From NCBI RefSeq assembly GCF_001194135.2, contig NC_068985.1, forward strand, positions 56,211,721-56,275,720: a stretch of 64,000 bases of DNA. The letters are read 5' to 3'. A model generated the notes under the pieces. It worked only from the letters and a program-made list of their open reading frames with translations. It did not search any database and was not told the DNA's origin. Shown here piece after piece: positions 12,263 through 25,112 of the stretch. Each line of letters starts with the position of its first letter. The stretch's first letter is position 1. Position numbers and translations under genes: made by a program. Source of the DNA: Octopus bimaculoides. Lineage: Eukaryota.

Positions 12263-13937
12263 ACATATATGCATTTATATATGTATGTATAATACACACA
12301 CACATACATACACATATCTGTATATATTATACATACATAAATAAATGCATATATGTAAGCAACTTATGCATCGCATAAACGATAGTAAAATGCGACAACA
12401 GTTCAGTATGCCACCTACTGGATCTAGCGAATATAAGCATCTAATTACCTACAAAGGAGATTTAAACCGGCCAAATTGTAATAGTAGAAATGATTATGAT
12501 ATAGCTAACACGGTAACAACGTCAGAAAATGAAGTCAGAACAGCCATATATATAAAATATATGATAAATGTTCATGCAGAGAAAAATCAAACTGTCCATT
12601 GAAGAACCTCTGTTTGAGTACAAATCTTGTATAAAAATGTACTGTGCACACAAAGGAAGGACCGTATGTTTATATTGAACAGACGGCTGATTGATTTAAG
12701 AATAGTTATCATAACCATGTCGCCAGCTTCAAGAGAATCAATAAGAGACATTCAACATCTTTGGTCAATTTTGTGTGGCGACTGAAGGAAGATAACATTA
12801 GATATAACATAATTTGGTCCATATAAGGCATGAAAAAACCATACAATATCATTTCCAGGAGATACCGACTCTGCTTCGAGGAACCCCTGTCTATTCTGTG
12901 GATCAATGAGAAGATCATTAAGAGAATTTATGAATGAGTCTCAAGATGCCTACACGCATATAAATGTACTTTCGCACAATGCAGTGGGAATGAATTTGAG
13001 TAACTGTTAACATAGTTTACTTTAAGGTATAGATGAATTAAGTTTTGCGTGGATTTCCCCATTCTTATAAACACCAAGTAGCTATTTAACACGCTTTGTG
13101 ATCGTGTGTGCACCAAATCACGTGTACTTATGCTTACATTTTCGTGGATGCTTGTATGAGCGAAGTATACATGCGCCATGCAGCTTGCGAGGGGCGTTTA
13201 TAAATCTATATCTGTTAACGGTTATTTTTAATACTTTTCCTGCTGTATTGCGCGTTCGTTTCATTTTTGAATCTGTATTTTATTTTTGATCTATATAAAT
13301 GAGGATATTTCCTTCGTTTTGCTGCTATTTTTCTATGAAATGAGGATATACATTGCAGAACTGCTATTTTAATGAGTTGTGTCTGTTTATCACCCGATGT
13401 GACAAATCTGCACCACCGGACGCTCCTGAACCAGTTGTTAAGGGACCCAAGAAACAATTGTGATTAATATAAATTCCCGTATATTCCATCTTCCGTCTTT
13501 CTACCATATNNNNNNNNNNNNNNNNNNNNNNNNNNNNNNNNNNNNNNNNNNNNNNNNNNNNNNNNNNNNNNNNNNNNNNNNNNNNNNNNNNNNNNNNNNN
13601 NNNNNNNNNNNNNNNNNNNNNNNNNNNNNNNNNNNNNNNNNNNNNNNNNNNNNNNNNNNNNNNNNNNNNNNNNNNNNNNNNNNNNNNNNNNNNNNNNNNN
13701 NNNNNNNNNNNNNNNNNNNNNNNNNNNNNNNNNNNNNNNNNNNNNNNNNNNNNNNNNNNNNNNNNNNNNNNNNNNNNNNNNNNNNNNNNNNNNNNNNNNN
13801 NNNNNNNNNNNNNNNNNNNNNNNNNNNNNNNNNNNNNNNNNNNNNNNNNNNNNNNNNNNNNNNNNNNNNNNNNNNNNNNNNNNNNNNNNNNNNNNNNNNN
13901 NNNNNNNNNNNNNNNNNNNNCTATTTTTCTTGACCAT

Positions 13938-13998
13938 ATGATACTGACGAGTAGAAGTTGTATAATACTACAATAACTACGAAATCATGATCTATAAT
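13938..13998 (+). ncRNA. Minimal type I hammerhead ribozyme with intact core
   Basis: ATA-CTGACGA(13944-13950)-GTAG..TTGTA-loop-TACAA..CTAC-GAAA(13981-13984)-T-CATG-A-T-C-TAT. All conserved core nucleotides present; G10.1-C11.1 pair; AUC cleavage triplet at 13990-13992; stem III region ATCATGAT is an 8-nt palindrome. Confidence 0.8.
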
Positions 13999-14132
13999 TT
14001 AATCCGTTTTTAAGGGGTTGGCTTTGAGAGTTGCATTTCCTCGCATTCGGTAAAAATGTGCTTTTTATAGTAGTCTGACCTTAGAGTCCCTCATGGCGTG
14101 AGGCGTTATTGTATAGTAATGCCCTTATATAA

Positions 14133-14178
<46 letters not shown>

Positions 14179-14448
14179 ATATATATACATATATAAATTA
14201 TGAGTTAGAGGTTATGCAACCGTCTAAGGGATAAATGTATCCGTAGGCACCACTGGTGTATTACCTCACTATGTATATGCCTGGCTATAAGGCTAACTGC
14301 AGTTAGTAATTTAAATGGTAAAACCATGGTTTAATATATTCAGATAAGAATATATATATGTATACACACGTATATATACACATGTGTACTTACATACATA
14401 GCTTATATGTGTGTGTGTTCTAATTGCGCATAGAAACACATAAATACA

Positions 14449-14504
<56 letters not shown>

Positions 14505-14702
14505 NNNNNNNNNNNNNNNNNNNNNNNNNNNNNNNNNNNNNNNNNNNNNNNNNNNNNNNNNNNNNNNNNNNNNNNNNNNNNNNNNNNNNNNNNNNNNNNN
14601 NNNNNNNNNNNNNNNNNNNNNNNNNNNNNNNNNNNNNNNNNNNNNNNNNNNNNNNNNNNNNNNNNNNNNNNNNNNNNNNNNNNNNNNNNNNNNNNNNNNN
14701 NN

Positions 14703-14762
<60 letters not shown>

Positions 14763-15224
14763 TGCGCCCGCATGTGTATCTATCTATCTATAGTTTATAT
14801 GTCATTTGACGGAAATAGATTTATTTGGTGCATCACATTCGTTTGTAAAAGAGATAATGGTACATTTCGAAGTGAGGCAGCTGATAGTTTGTCAATTAAA
14901 AATGTCTGAGGCTTGTATTACCATACATAAATAAATTTGAATATGTGATTTCATAGGAGGAGCATATATATAATATCTGTACACACACACACACGCACAC
15001 ACATACACACATGCACGCACACCACCATCATGCATGTGTCTGTCTGTATATATATGTATAGACACGTACTTAGATATTTACAACCAAAGATTTGTGCATA
15101 CACATCTATGCATTCGTATATCCACATATACATGCAAGGTGTATATGTTTATATATATACTCACTTTCCGAAGAACGTATAAAAATATACACTATGACGG
15201 GGTGTCGTAACAACTAGTGAATCG

Positions 15225-15655
15225 CTCAAACGTGGATGTGACTATCTTGATTTTGCAAAGACCTTAGATAAGGTTGATCATGGGATGATATGTCACAAGC
15301 TATGGAGACTCGGTATAGTCGGAAAACTGGGAGTGTTTATATGACTTCTTAAAAGACAGAAACCAGGCTGTGGCGGCCAATGGAGCCTTCTTCAAGGAGA
15401 CAGTAATAGAGAGTGGAATGCCTCAGGAAACTATCTTGAGGCCGCTGCTGTTTATGGTGGCTCTTTCAGATATGCCATCAGTTACAGAGACAGCAACGCT
15501 TACTAGCTATGCCGACGATACAAAGATAGTACAAGTAACCAAGGAACCTTGCGACGTTAATCTTCCACAGAAAGACCTAGATGCCATGTATAAGAAAACA
15601 ACATGCAATTTAATGCAGGGAAATTCCAAGCCCTCCGCTATCAGCTAGCTAGTGC
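15225..15655 (+). mobile_element. CR1/L2-group LINE reverse transcriptase fragment
   Basis: LDFAKTLDKVDH, SGMPQETILRPLLF, SYADDTK and MQFNAGKFQALRY motifs, frameshifted. Confidence 0.88.
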
Positions 15656-15845
15656 TCACATGCCGCAACTAAGACAGCAGTGTCGAACTCCCACATCACA
15701 AAAAGCCAATCGCACAAGAATGGCCATTGAAAAGGTGATTACACTGGTGGTGCTCCAGCATGGCCACAACCTTTGGTTATATACATACACAGACACGCAA
15801 TATATATACACGCACATACAAAGATATTTACATGTATACAAATAT

Positions 15846-15901
<56 letters not shown>

Positions 15902-15959
15902 GGAGTCATCAAGGAGATATATTCCCATTCACTTAACTGGTTTCACGATTTCAACATTT

Positions 15960-17330
15960 TTATAATTAGTATCCAGTGGTTCAATTCTCTATATCCTAAG
16001 ACCACCTTTAAATTTATACAAGTCGACATTGATCAATACAACTCCAGCATTTCTCCTAATCTTCTTAATAAGGTTCTAATTTTCGCCAAAAAACATTTCA
16101 ACCTCTCTCGCGACGGTATTGATATACTAGCAGCCCGCCGAAATATCATACCATTTAATGGGAAATCCTTGGCCCGCAAAGATACACCCAATTTTTTCGA
16201 TATCCCCATAGATGCCAGTGATTCCGTCTAGGTCACTGACCTTGTAGGAATCTACCTACTTAACGGTCTCCATGAACAATTCCCTAACATCTCCGGTGGT
16301 CTATACAGAGATGACGCTCTGTTCCCTATCCCAAATTCTAGTAACCGGATAATCAAACAGACTAGAAAAAGATCAAGAAATTTTTTAAAGACGTCGGCCT
16401 CAGCATTTCCTTCTGTAAGCATTTCCTTCTGTAACAACGTCAAAACTGCTAATTTCTCAGACGTAACCCTGGACTTGCAAACCTGGGGAAAACCTCCATA
16501 CGGAAACTTCTCCAATCCCCACCCTCAGTCCTAAAGTCTATTGTGGAAAGCGTTTCCTACTGGATCTCCTCACTATCTGTTAATAAGGATTTATTCGATC
16601 AATATCCTGAATATTACAATTGTGCCTAACAACGTGACGGATATAATACTCAATTGAATGCATCCCTATGTGGGATATTCCTCTCTCCATTAAACCCAGA
16701 ACAGAAATCAGTTCCGCACTCTCGCATTGTAAACGTAAGCCTCCACCTATCCTGCCCTTCCAACACCCGTCCAAATTTCAGAGTAGCTGACGACCCAACA
16801 AACGACGTCCCTATCAGATGACCCCAAATCCTATATACATCACAACCCACAATATCAGACACCAGCATACACCTCCAAAAGCAAATCTTCACCCAGTTAA
16901 CCCCCCTAATCCGACTAAACGAACGACAACCCGGGACGTTATCTGGTTCTACCCCCTTCGCCCTTAACGTTCAGACTCGAGTACCCAAACTCTTCTTAAC
17001 CCTACTCGAAAAACATTTCCCTAAATCTAGCCCCTTACAAAAATATTTAACTTCCAATTTATAAAATTGTCCTACTCCATCACCACGAACACTGCTGGAG
17101 TTATCCGACATCTTAACAATAAGAAACTTAGAAATCCACAACCAGCTAACTTCCAGTACATCGTTATCTCAACTTATCAGTAAACTAACGCTTGATTCAA
17201 CCCCATAGACTTTCAAGTGGTTCATAGTCACCCACTCCAAGCCTTACAGCAGCTATAATAACGAGCGATCTCTGTATAGCCGAGGTCGTGACTATTCTGC
17301 AATCCAGTGATTGTCTTAATGAACGCAGTA
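15960..17330 (+). mobile_element. Penelope-like element RT plus GIY-YIG remnant (lineage 2)
   Basis: FIQVDIDQYNSSISPNLLNKVLIFAK, FFDIPIDASD..VTDLVGIYLL, GLYRDD, DVTLDL, VIWFYP..NVQTRVPKLFLTLLEKHFP and a GIY-YIG-like C-terminus (FKWFIVTHSKPY); many stops and frameshifts. Confidence 0.85.
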
Positions 17331-18204
17331 GTATAATATTCACCTGCAAACATCGGTCACTAAATCTCTTCTCAAATACAAATAGTTACAACCCCACCCC
17401 ACCCTTCCCCCAACCTTCATAAATTTCCCTCTTATCCAACGACATTTCTCCCCTTTAATTCCTTTATTGTCAATTACTTCTCTCCGTATTTTTCTTAACC
17501 ATTTAAAAAAAAAAAACTTTATTTTTATTTCAACTGCTTCCTCCTCCTACCCTCCCTCCATAAACTTACAACTACATACACCAACATACACCTCCACCAC
17601 TTTATATTATAAACACGCTGACCACACACTATATACATTCCTCTATTGACAAAACTTATATGGTAGCGGCCACAATTCTTCCCCTCTCTTTCTTACTTTC
17701 TTCATGCATATATATTTTCTTTCTCCCCCTTGACCAAAAACATACCCTCTCCCCACTATTTGTATATATCTTCCTAATACTACTCCCCTGCTAATTTTTG
17801 TGATTCGGCCAAAAATGCCTTTTGAATGCCAACATTTCAAATAACTGTACTTAAATTCCTCACTATGTCTTGCTTTATTCATACATAGTTTCTCCCCCTT
17901 GACCAAAAATATTTCCCCATCCTCTTTCCGTCAAATGATATTTTCCTCGAATATCAATCCCCTTACTAAATTCTGTATCTCAGCCAAAGCAGCTCCATTG
18001 TTTTAATACTAGTCAATTGACCTTACTTTCATTCCTCCTTCCTCTCACTCCCTTATATTTTCTTCCTTTACCCTTGTTCAAATACTTATTTCTCCCTATA
18101 TTTACTCACCCCTCTCATACTGTGCTCTCTACACATTTTGACTGAATCTTCCATGCGTCAACATGTATATCCTTGCGACAATGTAATCCTTAATTTAATC
18201 ACGA

Positions 18205-18340
18205 TATCCTTGGCTTGAACAGTAGCCGGCGGTATACACCTCGCTTGGATTATTACCACTTCTGAGGTTCCGCCCGCTATGAAATATATGTAAGCCGGGT
18301 CTTACCTACGCTATTCCGTAACTCTTGTATTCTTATTCGC
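18205..18340 (+). mobile_element. Dispersed repeat downstream of PLE lineage 2 (second copy at 48590-48715, minus strand)
   Basis: CCTTGGC...TAGCCGG...CTGAGGTTCCGC.CGCTATGAAA.ATA.GTAA...TTCCGTAACTCTTG is shared with the reverse complement of 48590-48715. Confidence 0.7.
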
Positions 18341-18516
18341 ACACCCGGCAACCTTAGTCGTCTACCGTGGAATTATCGTACTTCGATAGGGAAAAAATCC
18401 ACAGCCTTCCGCATCAATAAACCACTATTGTCCCTGAAAGTTGTTTTATATTTATTATGGATTGCTTGAAGCTAATCTTCTTCCTACACCTCGATCCACG
18501 GATCTTACATTTATGT

Positions 18517-18563
<47 letters not shown>

Positions 18564-19231
18564 NNNNNNNNNNNNNNNNNNNNNNNNNNNNNNNNNNNNN
18601 NNNNNNNNNNNNNNNNNNNNNNNNNNNNNNNNNTATATATATATATACACGCGCACGCGCACACACACATGTATGTATGTGTGTGTGCGCATGTGCATGC
18701 ACACGCGTGTGTCTATGTGTCAATGTGTGTCTATGTGTCAATGTGTGCATGCACATGCAAAAACAAATGGTCTGTAAATACGTACTGAGATGTGGGTACG
18801 TCGTGATGTTAAATACGAAAAGTTTTAGTAATTTAGGTTGAGTCTTCATGCCTATAGGCACTTCTGAGCCATGATTCCATTCAAGTCAACATGAATTTTG
18901 TGCACAGCGTTTTTCAGCCTACTTAACGCAGATGTTGGTGTAAAAGAGATGCCGCCGCATTATGTCATTTACGACACCTCTTATACTCCGTCTGTACTCT
19001 TGAAAAGAAGTAGCAAAAATAACACATTGTTTTTACATTTCAGCGTCAGGTTTTTATCTCTAACCATTATTAGTATGGAATGTTTTATGATGCGTTAATT
19101 CTTTTCCAAATAAATGTAAGGATTTTTAATCATTATTGTATAAAGTGGATCTGCTCTAGAAATGCCATACAACCAACAGGCTTACTCTTATCCTTGTTTT
19201 ACCAAATTTGTTCCGACAATGATGTAGTGTT

Positions 19232-19372
19232 TTCTACTCTAGGCACAAGGCCCGAAATTTTTGGCGAGGCGGCCAGTCGATTAGATTGACCCTAGTACGC
19301 AACTGGTACTTAATTTATCGACCCCGAAAGGATGAAAAGGAAAGTTGACCTCGGCGAAATTTGAACTCAGAC
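19232..19372 (-). mobile_element. SINE family C copy
   Basis: RC matches the 8692-8925 body (GAGTTCAAATTTCGCCGAGGTCAAC...CATCCTTTCGGGGTCGATAAATTAAGTACCAG). Confidence 0.8.
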
Positions 19373-19704
19373 AGGAGAAATAGACAACGATATAGTGTTA
19401 ACGTTTTGACTGTGTTTGGAAAAGCTAATGTGTTGGTATAATTGTCCCTTAAATGAGCGGCACAGTCGTTTTCTTCAGCAAGCACTTAGTTAAGCACTGC
19501 TTTTCTTAAGGTCAGCACACAGTGTTTTCATTAATATCCGTTAACTTACCCTTCTGTATGTTATTTTTGAAAGACTCGTATTCATGAAACGGAATATTCT
19601 TTAGAAAAGTCTTGAAGGCGATAGCCTAGTCTAAGGACTGAAAATAGTAAAAGTATACGCGCACGCGCACAAACACACGGACACACATACGCACACCCAC
19701 ACAC

Positions 19705-19770
19705 CCACATCTACACACCTACACACCTACACACCTACACACCTACACACCTACACACCTTCACACACGC
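19705..19770. repeat. (CTACACAC)n octamer tandem repeat
   Basis: Direct: about 6 units of ACACACCT. Confidence 0.85.
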
Positions 19771-19851
19771 ACACACACATATATATCAACATATGTATGT
19801 GTGCATCATATATATATATATATATTCATATATACTGTATATAATTATTGA

Positions 19852-19900
<49 letters not shown>

Positions 19901-20032
19901 CCTGGCTCTCTGTCTCTGCATATGTATGTATAAATATGTCTATATATGTATGTATATTAATATGTATATTGTTGATACGTCTATTCACATCTACTTGCAC
20001 ATATATCCATCTGTTAATATATTTGTATATGT

Positions 20033-20077
<45 letters not shown>

Positions 20078-20133
20078 NNNNNNNNNNNNNNNNNNNNNNN
20101 NNNNNNNNNNNNNNNNNNNNNNNNNNNNNNNNN

Positions 20134-20176
<43 letters not shown>

Positions 20177-20741
20177 CGTAAAAGGAGTACCAGTTGGTGA
20201 CGATATACCCACATCTTAAATTATTATGACGTAGAATCACTAGACTGAATGATAGGTATCCTCATGTTTGAAATAATAGATTTATTGATAATTTAATCGA
20301 GATATTAATCGATGACTTAGTCAAACAATCAATCCATTATTGAATAATCTGAACACTTAACCATTAATATTACTTATTCATGCACCCACAAGCTACCTAC
20401 CTACCTACCTACCTACCTACCTACCTACCTACCTACCTACCTACCTACTTATCTACCTACCTACCTACCTACCTACCTACGTTCACACATATGTATGTGC
20501 ACACATATGTGCACATGCATACATATGTGCACATATTTGTGCGTGTGGTATTAATGGATTATTATTGAAATTGCTCAATAATCAATTGATTGGTAATATA
20601 TATATATATAAATATATAAATATCTATATATATAAATATATATACATATATATATATATATACGTACACACACACACACTCACACACTCACACACATATA
20701 TATGTATATATACATGCATATATACATACACATACATACAA

Positions 20742-20775
<34 letters not shown>

Positions 20776-20807
20776 GTTCACGTTTTTTGATCTCCTGTAC
20801 CCATATA

Positions 20808-20851
<44 letters not shown>

Positions 20852-21109
20852 NNNNNNNNNNNNNNNNNNNNNNNNNNNNNNNNNNNNNNNNNNNNNNNNN
20901 NNNNNNNNNNNNNNNNNNNNNNNNNNNNNNNNNNNNNNNNNNNNNNNNNNNNNNNNNNNNNNNNNNNNNNNNNNNNNNNNNNNNNNNNNNNNNNNNNNNN
21001 NNNNNNNNNNNNNNNNNNNNNNNNNNNNNNNNNNNNNNNNNNNNNNNNNNNNNNNNNNNNNNNNNNNNNNNNNNNNNNNNNNNNNNNNNNNNNNNNNNNN
21101 NNNNNNNNA

Positions 21110-21425
21110 CTATAGCCTCGGGCCGACCAAAGCCTTGTGAGTGGATTTGGTAGACGGAAACTGAAAGAAGCCTATCGTATATATGTATATATATATGTAT
21201 GTATGTGTGTTTGTGTGTCTGTGTTTGTCCCCCCCACCATCGCTTGACAACCGATGCTGGTGTGTTTACGTCCCCGTAACTTAGCGGTTCGGCAAAAAGA
21301 GACCAATAGAATAAGTACTAGGCTTACAAAGAATAAGTCCTGGGGTCGATTTTCTCGACTAAAGGCGGTGCTCCAGCATGGCCACAGTCAAATGGCTGAA
21401 ACAAGTAAAAGAGTAAAAGAGTAAA
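21110..21425 (+). mobile_element. SINE family A: body, internal microsatellite and tail
   Basis: TATAGCCTCGGGCCGACCAAAGCCTTG...GAAAGAAGCC, then a (TA)/(TG) tract, then GTGTTTGTCCCC...GGCGGTGCTCCAGCATGGCCACAG...(GTAAAAGA)n; the head is lost in the gap. Confidence 0.85.
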
Positions 21426-21439
21426 AGAGATAATATTTA

Positions 21440-21935
21440 TCCGTGCATATGTTCAGGTCACTGCTGTTTTCCTCATCCATTTTTGGGTACCGAATAATTT
21501 CTTCTTAAATCTTCATTCCACTTTGTACATGGTCTCCCCCACCGTTTTTCTTCTGGACGTGGTGTCCACTCTGTCAATTTGGTATTCCATCTATTGTCGT
21601 TTTTTCTAAATATATTTCTGCGAAAGACCACTTCAGAATTTACATTTTCCTGATAATATCCGTTAAACCTGTTGCCAATCTTATCCTGTTGTTTCTCAAC
21701 TTATCCAATTTGTTAATCTTCAGCATTCTCCTTACCATGGCCCTTTGTGTGGCTCTTAATTTATTTTCAATGCTCTTGTTGGTAGTTCATGTTTCTGATG
21801 CATACGCGCTGATAGCACACACTGGTCGAAAACCTTTCTTTTTGGACTCATAGGCAAATTATTGTTCATGATATGGTTCAATGTACCAAAGGCTGCCCAT
21901 CCTATTTGTATTAGTCGTTGAATCTCTTTGGTCTG
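21440..21935 (-). mobile_element. RTE-clade LINE 3' fragment
   Basis: RC: IQIGWAAFGTL, ASET.TTNKSIENKLRATQRAMVRRMLKI, DNRWNTKLTEWTPR...GRP.TKW motifs. Confidence 0.85.
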
Positions 21936-21947
21936 ATTTTTATCCTT

Positions 21948-21982
<35 letters not shown>

Positions 21983-22245
21983 AGTGTAGGTATCAGTTAG
22001 AGGGGTTTAATACCTCTAAGGGATATTTAAATCTAGAGTCAGACCTGGCTATTAGCTAGGTAGGTATAGTCTTTTGTAAGGTTGTACACGAGCAGGTGCT
22101 TCTCTCATCTCTGCTTCTTCCTCCTTGTTATCTATTTAATTAAAGACATACCAGCGAAAACAACGAGTTTCCCATTGTATAATCTATATCCATGTCTATC
22201 TATCTGTCAATATATCTATATCTATGTCTATCTATCTGTCAATCC

Positions 22246-22301
<56 letters not shown>

Positions 22302-22759
22302 GTCTGTCTGTCTGTCTACCTTTACACACACACATACATACTTACAGACATACATACAAACATAAATACATATATGCATTCATACATACATACACACATA
22401 CATACACACGCACGCGCGCGTACACACATGCATATCATATTTAACCGACCAGAAATAACGAATAAATTCTTATAATAACTTTTCCCTGGAATTCAGATTA
22501 AAATCGTTGAGCAAAAATGAAATAATACCAACAACAACAACAACCCAAACTGAATTAGACATTCGCTGAACGACCTACTAAATCATCTAAAAATATTCTT
22601 TCGTGAAGAAACAATCACATGACCTGAATTTCACTCACTCAAGCTGGGTACACAAATATCCGTAATATCATGTGTGTGTGTGTGTGTGTGTATACATACA
22701 TACACACATATATACGTATATATAAATATGGCATTCGCTATGATAGATCGCTGACCACT

Positions 22760-22943
22760 ACATTTATATTTTTTTCTCCTTGTTTCTCTCCTTATTTCTT
22801 TTTGTATTCCTTTCAGTTGAAGAGCGTAGGCTCGAAACGTCGAAGATTTTCTCTATTCCCGAGCGTTAAACTAATACATCCATTTGTTGTTTATACAACC
22901 TGTCTTCGTCTGTTGTTTTTTTCGTAAATTCTCCCATATATAT
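22760..22943 (+). mobile_element. PLE-type terminal repeat with a hammerhead-like motif, ending at (AT)n
   Basis: TTGAAGA-GCGTAGGCTC-GAAAC-GTC at 22817-22841 (C3U variant core); ends CTCCCATATAT at the gap. An inverted homologue lies at 23020-23090. Confidence 0.6.
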
Positions 22944-23549
22944 NNNNNNNNNNNNNNNNNNNNNNNNNNNNNNNNNNNNNNNNNNNNNNNNNNNNNNNNA
23001 TATATATATGTATATATATATATATATGGGAGAATATACAAATAATAACAACAGACGAGGACAGGTGGTGTAAATAACAAAAGTATATATTAATATATAC
23101 ATAAATGAAAAATGCATTAAATGCTACAAAACGTATGCGTAAGACAGAGACCAGGATCCTAATTCTTCATCAGTTATCGACCGAAAATACTAATACCTAG
23201 TTTTATGCCTTTAACGATAAGACTAGGAACTTCGTATATCGTCGGCACCCACAAGATTTACGTGGAATTAGAGCTCGAGCAACCTGTTGACGGACGGAAG
23301 TAAACAAAAGTAATTTGAAACGATAGACGAAGACAATAAATAAATAAAGCCTTTGGGCCAAACACGAGAATGATGGATTAACACCTGGAGGAAATCCTCA
23401 AATGGATATAAAAGCAGAATTAGTAAGAGAGGAGAAGAGAGGGGAAAAAAGTTAACCAGCAATCTAGGCGTAGAGTGGCGAAAAGACGGAAAATAGAAAA
23501 TCAATCACCAGTCACGTGTGGGTAGCAGATAGAGGGATAGAAGGGAAGA

Positions 23550-23621
<72 letters not shown>

Positions 23622-24187
23622 NNNNNNNNNNNNNNNNNNNNNNNNNNNNNNNNNNNNNNNNNNNNNNNNNNNNNNNNNNNNNNNNNNNNNNNNNNNNNNN
23701 NNNNNNNNNNNNNNNNNNNNNNNNNNNNNNNNNNNNNNNNNNNNNNNNNNNNNNNNNNNNNNNNNNNNNNNNNNNNNNNNNNNNNNNNNNNNNNNNNNNN
23801 NNNNNNNNNNNNNNNNNNNNNNNNNNNNNNNNNNNNNNNNNNNNNNNNNNNNNNNNNNNNNNNNNNNNNNNNNNNNNNNNNNNNNNNNNNNNNNNNNNNN
23901 NNNNNNNNNNNNNNNNNNNNNNNNNNNNNNNNNNNNNNNNNNNNNNNNNNNNNNNNNNNNNNNNNNNNNNNNNNNNNNNNNNNNNNNNNNNNNNNNNNNN
24001 NNNNNNNNNNNNNNNNNNNNNNNNNNNNNNNNNNNNNNNNNNNNNNNNNNNNNNNNNNNNNNNNNNNNNNNNNNNNNNNNNNNNNNNNNNNNNNNNNNNN
24101 NNNNNNNNNNNNNNNNNNNNNNNNNNNNNNNNNNNNNNNNNNNNNNNNNNNNNNNNNNNNNNNNNATATATACATATATATATATAC

Positions 24188-24220
<33 letters not shown>

Positions 24221-24243
24221 CATATATACATATATATATATAC

Positions 24244-24279
<36 letters not shown>

Positions 24280-24364
24280 ATAGATGTATATATCTTGAAA
24301 TGTATCTATTTTAAATAAGACAGCGGAAGAGATAACTTTTGATTAGAACGGCATATAAACTATG

Positions 24365-24580
24365 TATTTCTTTTACTTCCTTTTTTTACTTGTTTCAGTT
24401 ATTTGACTGCGGCCATGCTGTAACACTGCCTTTAGTCGAGCAAATCGATCCTAAAACTTATTCTTTGTAAGACTAGTACTTATTCTATCGGTTCATTTTG
24501 CCGAACAGCTAAGTTACGTAGATGTAAACACACCAGCATCGGTTGTCAAGCGATGCTGGGGGACAAACACACAAACACAC
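24365..24580 (-). mobile_element. SINE family A tail
   Basis: RC matches 21220-21420. Confidence 0.85.
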
Positions 24581-24667
24581 ACACACATACACATATAATA
24601 ATCTAAATAATATATATATATATATATGCATATATACAAACGTTTATGTACATACTTATATCTATAC

Positions 24668-24705
<38 letters not shown>

Positions 24706-25112
24706 NNNNNNNNNNNNNNNNNNNNNNNNNNNNNNNNNNNNNNNNNNNNNNNNNNNNNNNNNNNNNNNNNNNNNNNNNNNNNNNNNNNNNNNNNNNNNNN
24801 NNNNNNNNNNNNNNNNNNNNNNNNNNNNNNNNNNNNNNNNNNNNNNNNNNNNNNNNNNNNNNNNNNNNNNNNNNNNNNNNNNNNNNNNNNNNNNNNNNNN
24901 NNNNNNNNNNNNNNNNNNNNNNNNNNNNNNNNNNNNNNNNNNNNNNNNNNNNNNNNNNNNNNNNNNNNNNNNNNNNNNNNNNNNNNNNNNNNNNNNNNNN
25001 NNNNNNNNNNNNNNNNNNNNNNNNNNNNNNNNNNNNNNNNNNNNNNNNNNNNNNNNNNNNNNNNNNNNNNNNNNNNNNNNNNNNNNNNNNNNNNNNNNNN
25101 NNNNNNNNNNNN

